From the NCBI RefSeq assembly GCF_006345805.1, contig NC_042997.1:119102001-119166000 (forward strand): a stretch of 64,000 nt of DNA, given 5' to 3'. The notes under the pieces were generated by a model. That model searched no databases, had not been told where the DNA came from, and was given only the letters and a program-made list of their open reading frames with translations. Of the stretch, positions 54,732-64,000 are shown in pieces; within the stretch, counting starts at the first letter, position 1; each line of letters opens with the position of its first letter. This DNA comes from Octopus sinensis (taxonomy: Eukaryota). Position numbers and translations under genes: made by a program.

Positions 54732-56779
54732 ATTTTCGATCTTCTAATCAGTATCAAATTTTGATATATATGTATATATTTATACAAGTGCACATGTACA
54801 CACTTATATATAAATATGTCTAAATGTGTGTGTATATATACATACATAAATACATACATACATATATGCATATTTACTTGCTGAAATATACATACACACA
54901 TATAGTGCAATCCATGTAGTACTTAATCGAAAGCTAATATAGGCTAAATATTTTTTTTCATTAGATGCTATTCTACTTCATTTGAAGTATTATTTTTCTG
55001 TATAACCTCCATTGAAGAGAATATGTCGTCGAAGTTGGTATCCTACAACAACTGTAACAGAAAAAAAGTATAACTTCAAACTTCTGCTTAAACAGCAACG
55101 TATTCCTTATTTCATTCTCATAGTTGTACGTTAACCGAGATAGATTTGTATTTTACGTTTAGTTACAGGTCTATAAAACAAGAAAAATGTCGCCAGAAAA
55201 ATACTTAAAACATTGGTAAATAGTAAAAAATGAAAGATTTAGAATTAAGTATATATTGTCTCCAAAAATGTGAAAAAAAAAAATGATTTTCATATTCATA
55301 GATCGAGCTGTAGGAATGTTTATCTAGTAATAATGTTCAAGGAGTGTGGGTCGATTCAAATTACAGACGTCATAGATGTATGGTATTATCAAAACGGGAA
55401 TGTTTTTTCCTTAACGCTCCAGGTTTTCATAATTAGAGTGTATTGAAGAGCAATGTGTGTTATAAGAGGAGAATAATTTATACGATTATATTCACTGTAT
55501 GAAATTTATATATATAAATAAAAGCAGTGTAGTCGGTCATAAAATGGATTGCATATTACTTGAAACGTATCATCCCAGGTGATAACATACACTTAAAAAT
55601 GCCCACTTACACACACATACGCTCACAGAAAGACAGATACACATACACACTTCGTAATTTCAAGTAAAAATTAAAACGGGGCACAACATTCAATGAAAAG
55701 ATAATTCTATGCAAGTATTTCGAGGCCTGCACAATTCATTAGAAGGAACTACACTTAACTGTGATTTTGATAATTCGGCGCCAATCGTTCTCTAGAGACT
55801 GGGCATCTCGCATATGTTGAAATCACAGCCATTCTCTTTCTGCTTTAATAATGATAGTGGTGATAATTCTCACTGTGCTTAGATAGTACTTATTTTGTGA
55901 ACCTGGAATTTATGAATGGCAAACTCGTGTAAAGCGGAATTCAAATTCAAAACGTAAAGAACCAGAAGAAATGCCGCCAAACTTTATGTCTAACGAGGTA
56001 ACAATTCTAAGAGTTCTCTCCCACAGACAGAAATAATAATGGTTTCAGGTTCTGGCACAAATCCATGAGTTGTAGCCAAGGGCAAAGGAATAAAGGAGAG
56101 GAAAAACGAGGTGCGGTGTGTGAAAAGAGGAGATGGACTAATAAGGGATGCATGTGGAAGAGGAGAGAAAATAGAAACTTAGAGATCGCATGAAAGGTAG
56201 GGAGGAAGAGGTGCCAAATAAGGAACGAATGTTAGAAACAACAATATGGGGTGTTTGGAAGTGTTGGCCCATTTAATAATTTAATCTTCCCTTATAACAG
56301 CGTAATTGCAGCGAAGAGAGAGATATGCCTAAGTAGGTGCAACTATTGTAAGAAGTGCTAGAACAAATTGATTGATTGAGAAGAGGGGAATTGCAGAACG
56401 ATAGTATAGGAAAAATATTGGAAAGAACGTATAGAATAAGAGTAAAAGTTTATGATGTGATTTTGGAAGAATTGAAACATAGATTAGTAGCGATCAGGGT
56501 AAAATTGTAAAGATACGACAATAGAACAAAACAAGTGAGGCAAAACGGATGGTTTGAAACAAATTAGAAAAAAATGTTCCAGGATCTAGATGGGAAATTA
56601 TACATAACGATGGCACAAAAGGCAAACGAAAGCAGGGCAACTGGGGAGGGATCTGAGGCCATATGAGGAAGCAGAGTGGCTGCACCGAATCGAAAATAGG
56701 TTAAGAAATATAGAACGCCAACACGACATAAAAATAACTACAAAAATGTAAAATAAAGCAGTTGAGGAAGTACTCAAAT

Positions 56780-58105
56780 TCTGAAGAGCCCATTCCATAT
56801 ATTTCCCCACAAATAAATCTAATACTGTAAGAACCTGCTTAAACTGGAGACAAAAACACCTTGAAGTATGACCCTACATAGACAGTTAAAAAACTTGCCA
56901 ACGTCAGAAGAAAAAATATGAAAAATAATTACTAACTGAAGTAGAGATTGACCAAATTAAACAAGCAGTAAGGGATAAAAGTAGCGAAGCTGTAGCTAAA
57001 GAAGATAGCACAGAGGAAATAACTATAGACCATCCCAGGGTTTATGAAAATGTAATAATGAGTGAAAGAGTTCATGTAACTGATAGGCAAACTGAAATAC
57101 TCTCTGAAACAACCATATACACTAAGGCAGATGAAAATGAAATACATGGAGAAAGTCACACAGAATTTGACCCAACAGAACTACATGAGCTACAAAATCA
57201 AATCATGATTGAATGGCTGGAAATTAAAGAAACCAGTTTGAATGAACGCGACACTCTCCCACAAATTCGCAGTTCTAACCAAAACTTGAAAATAATTGGT
57301 GAAATCTACCTTGCACTTAAGGATGTTAATATTACAGATCTCAATCACCTGTACTATGCATCCGCGAAAGTCTCAACGATTGGTGAAAAGATTAGAAAAC
57401 TACAACATTCCCACAAAATCCTCCTTGGCAAGAGCGTATTCAGCACCGAATTCAGGTACTTATATCTGACATAGGATGTTTAAAAAACTTTAAGTTTGCC
57501 AAGACTACCAAACGTACAAACACCCGAAAAAAAAAATAATATTAAAACCACCATAGGAACCATCAAGTATGTGCTAAAGCTGCAGGCATAGCAAGGTATG
57601 AAAAGCTCGTTAGATTCTTCAAGGACAGCAACATGTTCAAAATTAACCCCAAATTTTTTTACCAGAAGATAGGGAAAATATGAGTTCCAGTAATATCTGT
57701 CCCATGAAAAGAAGCACTGCAGGAATTTTGGAATAAAATTTGGACAGAAGAAAAGAACACACAATGAAAAGGCCCTTTGGATTGAGAGAATACCTACAGA
57801 CTTAGACTACTTAGAAGAGCAAAAGTGGGAGGGTATCAAGGTAGAAGATGTAAGATATGCTCGCAGGTAGTAAAGCAAATGCAATTATCCAGGAAAGGAT
57901 AAAATTCCTAACTTCTGGTTGAATACTTTCCCCAGAGAGTCATGAAATACTAACAAAACTTTACAAAAACCTAGTAGTATCCCCACTTGGCTAGTTAATG
58001 GTTTAACATTCCTACTTCCAAAAAATGAAGAAACAAATGAGACAAAAAATTATAGAGCCATCATCTGTTTAACAACAATGTATAAAGCGCTAACATCTGT
58101 CTTCA
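56780..58105 (+). mobile_element. Degenerate R4/Dong-like LINE, N-terminal region to start of RT
   Basis: KLANVRR, NITDLNHLYYASA, NMFKINPKFFYQKI, FWNKIW...HNEKALWI, PGKDKIPNFWL, PTWLVNGLTFLLPK and KNYRAIICLTTMYKALTS. Confidence 0.8.
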
Positions 58106-58988
58106 TTTTCCACTTCGCCTCAAAAGTGAATATGTATTTCCTACAGCCGCTACATAAATTCCATAACCTCAACCGAAGGAACGCATTAACTCACAAAATA
58201 TCAACTTGATAAAACAAAACATTGAAAATTCTTAACTAAATAAATATTCGACATAGAATCATGTTCTATTTTCTTAAACATTGCTCGATAAATGTTCTTT
58301 TGCTGTATATAAATACAGAGGAGATTGTAGCAATATTTCTTCTAGTATTTTCAGGGAAAGAAGTACAATGAACTGAGAAACAGGTGTGAGGGGAAAGTCA
58401 ACAAAGCTGAGTCAGCAGAGAAAAAGACGTGTAAAACAGTGAATAAATAGAAGCTAACTCATTTTGTAAATGATAAAAGAGATGGTCATTGAAATATGCT
58501 AGCTTAGAGGTGGACGCTAGAGTAAAGTCAATAATGAATGGCCGTGTATATCTTTTCATGCAGCAAAATACAAACCGAATCTCCCAAAGGCATGTGTGCA
58601 GAAAAATCTGAAATTTAATTTGCGTTAAAGAAAATATATCGTTTGCAAGTGTTACATGATTCACCTGATAACTATAACAACATGCTTCTCTGTATTGATC
58701 GAAAGGATTTGCAAAAGAAAAACATAAATTGAAAGGGTTTTATTAAAGCAATACCTGAATCTATGTCCGCGGTGTATAGCGAAAATTATATAGAAAGATT
58801 TATACAGACATTAGCCAACACAAAAGGAAAAACATTCTCAAAAGTCCAGGGAGAACAACATATCCAGCAATAATAATAGAGACGACACGGAAAACCGACA
58901 GCTCAGCATCAAGAAAAGATAAAGACAAAATAACGGATATAATAACAATAATAGCAACACCACCACCACCACCACCACCACCACCACC

Positions 58989-59052
<64 letters not shown>

Positions 59053-59719
59053 GCAGCAGCAACAGCAGCCGAGTAAGCAACAATAGTAAGAGAGAAACAG
59101 AAAGAAAAGCTATGTCCCGCAGCACACTGCCTGCGAATGTCAACTCAGACACACACTCACGCGCACACAAAAACACAAACACATAGAGCATGATAGCATC
59201 AACATCATCATAGGATGTGATGAAGTACTACTTGACACAAGAGAAATAAGTCATTTTATGTTGCCACAAGAACATACCAGCTTCAAGAGGATCGGTTTTA
59301 TCAATCGTCTCTCTGGAACAGCTTTCATAAAAATTACATGGTATCCATGGTATCAGAGTAACAACGCTTACAATTTTAATAAAAGTCACAACTACACCAA
59401 CAGCAACAATAGGAAAAGCAATGTCAATGACAGCGACAAGGACAGCAACAATAATCAGTAAAGAGCAACAATCACAAAAACAATCTCAAAAATAGCAACA
59501 GCACCATTACGCAATACAAAATGTTAATTGTGGTAACAACAAATTCGACCTTAACTTTTCATCATGAATCGAATCTCTACTGGCTACAAACAACAACGGT
59601 GTTTTTATTAGTGGTGGCAAGAACAGTAGCCAGAAAGGTGAAGTAATATTAACAATATTAGGAATAGTAACATTAATAATAAGAATGATAATAGCAGCTA
59701 GAATAGCAGCAACAGCAAG

Positions 59720-60050
59720 TGGAGGCGCAATGGCCCAGTGGTTAGGGCAGCGGACTCGCGTTCAGAGGATCGCGGCTTCGATTCCCAGACCGGGCGTTGT
59801 GTGTGTTTATTGAGCGAAAACACCTAAAGCTCCACGAGGCTCCGGCAGGGGTGGTGGCGATCCATGTTGTACTCTTTCGCCCCAGCTTTATCTCATTCTT
59901 TCTTCCTGTTTCTTATCCCCAACTTCCTACACAACCACTGAGCCTTGATGCACATTCATCCATCCGTTGATGCTCTCGGTGTCGGTGGTTGACCTGTTTT
60001 CTCTTCTGCGGGTCTTACGAATAGCAAAGGACCACGTTTCGGACCACTCA
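59720..60050 (+). mobile_element. tRNA-derived SINE (family E)
   Basis: GGAGGCGCAATGGCCCAGTGGTTAGGGCAGCGGACTCGCG...TTCGATTCCCAGACC is a tRNA-like head followed by a unique body. Confidence 0.8.
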
Positions 60051-60169
60051 ACAGCAACAGAGTAGCAACAGAGTACCATTATTATTATGAATATAATTTG
60101 TATTATCATTTCAGATACGCACAGTAGATTAAGCAGTTGGAAAAGAAAACTTCCTAACATAGGTCTAAA

Positions 60170-60730
60170 CAAGTAACCTTAAATGCCAAGAACATACCTA
60201 AGTATCGAACCTGTCCCTAACAACACTGTGTTCTGGAGCCGCAGTAAACTAAGTTTTATATGTGTATCCTCTGTCCATCTATTCACGTTGTTAAGGATAG
60301 TTCCTAATATATCAATAACTAGAGAGATACCTTTTACTCGCACTTTCCATAGTCCCTGTTAATCACTGTGTAGGTTTTGGTACTTTGCTATTTTCTCTAT
60401 AACTCTCATATTGACGTTCTCAAGGTTTGGAACGACTGTGAAGCCAATTATTGGGTGCTTTCGATTCTCTTTGTTTACTACTACTAAATAAGACCTTCTA
60501 GCTTCTATTAGTTTGTGAGTCTGAATATATAAAATACCACATTCTATATTTCTTGCTTTCTAGCACTTTGCTAGGTTCACGTTCATACCATATAGATGGT
60601 ACCGACAGCAGTATGATCAAACCCTTTCTTTCTACGTATCTCCCAGTGGATTATTGTCCGTTGACTGCCATGCATTTTGTTGTATTTTTGTGTGCCAAGA
60701 TATTACATTCACTTACTCTATAGGTAATAC
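60170..60730 (-). mobile_element. Highly decayed R4/Dong-like LINE 3' remnant
   Basis: Minus strand has IIHWEI and terminal LGTGSILRYVL (LGTAHILRxxL-like). Confidence 0.5.
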
Positions 60731-61314
60731 TTTTCTCTTTTGATTTACATAGCCTACTCTGTAAATCTACCTAGTTTTATGTCTATATTGATTTTTATTC
60801 AATAAGTCCACATTGCTTGATTTTAAAATGACATGATGAAACTAACAGGATGTACTAAAATAGATAAACAACGTTACCACACTTAAATATGATATGCAGC
60901 GGAATGAATATAGACAGTTTGCCGACATATAACGCGATGATATAACCAGAAACATCAGAGTGGGGCAAGTGTATAAATCACTTCAATTCCTAGACAGAGA
61001 TATCTGGTATTCGTTTATCCCACCGCTACATTGATTATTAATAATTATCAGACGATAACAATAGCACGCTTGCATTATTTCGTCTTAGCAACGTTCATAA
61101 ATTAGCATCTGACTCTGGTTCTGGAGAAGCCATTTTGCGAGCTTTCTTAATCCTTGACAATGTTTATAAGCTTACTAATCAAAATATCTCCAGAAGTCTG
61201 AGATAGTACCGACCCCACCTCCACTGAATTACTCACCGGCGCCAATCAGTCACGAACTTGTAATTTGTAGTTTACGTTCTGACACTAGATCTCATTATAT
61301 AGTCATATGAAAAA

Positions 61315-61430
61315 AAATAATAGTAATAATGATGATAATAATAATAATGATAATAATAATAATAATAATAATAATAATATTAATAATAACAATAATAATA
61401 ATAATATAATATAATAATAATAATAATATA

Positions 61431-61477
<47 letters not shown>

Positions 61478-61488
61478 TTAATAATAAC

Positions 61489-61541
<53 letters not shown>
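61315..61541. repeat. (AAT)n microsatellite
   Basis: Directly visible. Confidence 0.95.
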
Positions 61542-61543
<2 letters not shown>

Positions 61544-61676
61544 TGAACGAATTATTGAGTTTAGTTTAATGGCCTACCAATGTATACTATGAGTTTCTTT
61601 GCCCTAGGAGTCGGGAAGACACCCGGCAAGAAATGGAAGCAAATTTGAAACAAAAAAAAAATAATAATAACAATAA

Positions 61677-62218
61677 TACCAGACAGTGGCTCTCATGGCT
61701 TCTGATCTTAACTGGTTGGAAGTGTTATCCTGTACATTCTTTTGTGTTGGTATAAAAGATGGGCTACAGCAAATATTCTGCTCAATACCACAGATTTGCT
61801 TGTCAGTTGTTTGACCTTAACCAGTTGAGCATGTCCTTTAGTCGATGACGATATGTGCATCTCTGATCACAAGCAGAAGTAGTGGGGGAGCGTCATAGCC
61901 ATGTGTTGAAAGGAATTCTTGGAGGTTTGGATAATTCGCCTTTGGAAACATGGGTGGTTCGTTCAACATCCTTAAACAATCCTTATTCAAGGACCTTTTG
62001 TGCGGGATGGGCTACTCGACCAGAAGAGAATTCTAACTGGGCCCCACATGCAAGGTCATGTGCTGCTTATCTTGATATGAGATCACCATGTCGCGCAAAC
62101 ATGGTTGTGATGCATGTGCCTGGTGTACCCCTATCAGACGGGTAGTCGTGATGGGTATACTGGGCTTCCTATATTTTGCCCCAGTGTCATTTTGATGGCA
62201 TGCACTGCTCTCTTACTC
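61677..62218 (+). mobile_element. ~540-bp non-coding interspersed repeat embedded in (AAT)n; copy 2
   Basis: Colinear with the reverse complement of 26578-27116; ends CTCTCTTACTC followed by (AAT)n. Confidence 0.85.
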
Positions 62219-62254
<36 letters not shown>

Positions 62255-62355
62255 TAATAATAATAATATTAATAATACTACTAATAATAATGATAATAAT
62301 AATAATAATTATTATTATTATTATCATTATTATTATAGCAGTAGTAGTAGTATTA

Positions 62356-62387
<32 letters not shown>

Positions 62388-62437
62388 GCAGCAGCAGCAG
62401 CTACATCCTTCACCTCGTTACTGCTCAAAACCGATTG

Positions 62438-62635
62438 TTCTGGCAGAATCGTTAGCATGCCGGGGAAAATGCACAGCGGCATTTCGTCCGTCTTTACGTA
62501 CTGAGATCAAATTCTGCCGTGATCGACTTGGGCTTTCATCCTTACGAGGTCGGTAAAAAAAGTACCAGTTAGAAACGGCATCAATGTAATTGACTTATCC
62601 TCCAAAATTTCTGGCCTTCTGCCAAAACTTGCAAT
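62438..62635 (+). mobile_element. tRNA-derived SINE (family D-related)
   Basis: CTGGCAGAATCGTTAGCA...GAGATCAAATTC...CTTTCATCCTTACGAGGTCGGTAAAAAAAGTACCAGTT. A more decayed copy lies at ~55880-56070 (-). Confidence 0.75.
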
Positions 62636-63265
62636 CTTATTTTTTTCTTTTATTTAATTCAATATTTGAACTGCGATCAAACTGTGGTACTGACTCGAAG
62701 CATGTAGTGAAAGAAATCACCGCGGGAATTTATTTTTTAAGCCTGGTAATATATTCAATCCGTTTCTTTTTTGCAGAATCATTAGGCTGCGGTGACATAA
62801 ACAAACTAACAACGGTCGTGGAGCAGAGGATGAGCCCAAAAGCAAAGACACAAATGTTATTCTCCTCGAGTAAGATTTAATACTATGCCAGTATTTTTAT
62901 ACAACGGTGTGGGCAATGCGTCAAAAATATTTGAACGTGCTATCCAAATACATTCATGCGTTTCCTTAAGTAAATGTGCAAAACATGAATCGCTGTTCAT
63001 TTTATGTCCTTTACAATGTGTTTAAACAGTGATCAGTTCATTAAATTTTATTTTATACACTTATATTGTCATATATTGGAATTATAATGTACACAGGTTT
63101 AAAATAAAAAAATGAATCGTTGAAATCGTTGGGTGGTTAATGATAAAAAGTATCTAGTATTCTGGTTGTTCTTGTCCTCCTACTTCTTCGCATTCTCCTC
63201 CTTTCCTCCTTATTCTCCCTGTTGTTATTATTATTATTGTTGATTTGAATAATTATAATAATAAC

Positions 63266-63300
<35 letters not shown>

Positions 63301-63323
63301 TGATGATGATGATGATGATGATG

Positions 63324-63358
<35 letters not shown>

Positions 63359-63419
63359 TATAATAATAATAATCATAATAATAATAATAATAATATTAAT
63401 GATGATCATGATGATAATG

Positions 63420-63458
<39 letters not shown>

Positions 63459-63459
<1 letters not shown>

Positions 63460-63653
63460 ATAACAAAAACACCAGGACTTACAAACACATATAACATACA
63501 GAAAATTGCACTACTAGGCACTGCACACATCCTACGCAGAACACTTTCCATACAATAACCATCAGAGCATCACAACAAATCACAGCACATACCCAAGGCA
63601 CACAGAGCTGCGCTCGGTAGTGAAGTGAAAGCACGCTATAAAAAATAAAACTA

Positions 63654-63657
<4 letters not shown>
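63459..63657 (+). mobile_element. Short 5'-truncated R4/Dong-like LINE (ORF end + 3' UTR) inside (AAT)n
   Basis: ITKTPGLTNTYNIQKIALLGTAHILRRTLSIQ*, with (AAT)n immediately on both sides. Confidence 0.85.
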
Positions 63658-63686
<29 letters not shown>

Positions 63687-63759
63687 TTAATAATAATAAA
63701 AAAATATGCTTCTAATGCAGAAGGATTTACCAAAAATGGACTTGAAAGTGCTTTTGAAT

Positions 63760-64000
63760 TCCAACGAGAGAGAAGAAACACTAATCTGCATGGAACTGCA
63801 TGGTCAGTTCCACCGTGTAACTAACAACTTAAAAAAAAAAGGATGATGGAGGTTGCCGAGCAAGGGTGATCTGAAAAAAAGGTTGAAAGCGTAATCCTTG
63901 CTGCTCAGGTTCAGGCATTCAATATCAACTCAGTGACAAGGGATATACACCACACAAGTGCAACGAACTTCTGCAGAATGTGGGAAGCGGATCGAAAGCG
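63760..64000 (+). mobile_element. R4/Dong-like LINE internal fragment running off the window end
   Basis: LHGQFHR, KGDLKK, ILAAQVQAF and FCRMWEADR resemble HGQF...GDLK.ETE..I.AAQ.QA...CR.C. Confidence 0.7.

Noticed and set aside
59720-59800. tRNA-like sequence that could be called a tRNA gene
   Set aside because: It has no proper acceptor stem and continues into a repeat body, so it is a SINE head. The same applies to the other tRNA-like heads.
61200-61260. Minus-strand donor-like CG|GTGAGT next to a CCAAT box
   Set aside because: No supporting open exon or other promoter evidence; likely chance.
63137-63494. Poly-Ile/Asn/Asp ORFs (also the YLSI, CVCV and YIYI ORFs throughout)
   Set aside because: These are translations of microsatellites.

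Overview
AT-rich eukaryotic genomic DNA with no recognisable host protein-coding gene. The repeat families and microsatellite load suggest an octopus or other coleoid cephalopod (inferred from pattern recognition). Nearly all ORFs in the track are microsatellite artefacts. The window is a transposon graveyard. It holds three decayed Tc1/mariner DNA transposons and a 4.5-kb Tx1/L1-clade LINE sitting in a (TATC)n array with a 14-bp target-site duplication, plus two related fragments. It also holds RTE and CR1/L2 LINE remnants, at least six R4/Dong-like restriction-like-endonuclease LINE fragments mostly embedded in (AAT)n arrays, many tRNA-derived SINEs, and Penelope-like (GIY-YIG) remnants. The most interesting signals are four. 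(1) A dispersed set of minimal type I hammerhead ribozyme motifs with palindromic stem III, including one with the compensatory U3-A8 core (17065-17100) and a near-canonical one (54688-54731). (2) Apparent partitioning of microsatellite targets between retroelement families: Tx1 in TATC, R4/Dong in AAT. (3) A ~540-bp non-coding element found twice, both times inside AAT arrays next to R4 fragments. (4) A duplicated non-coding segment with a conserved hairpin whose 3' arm resembles miR-2. All calls were made by eye and coordinates of decayed elements are approximate.
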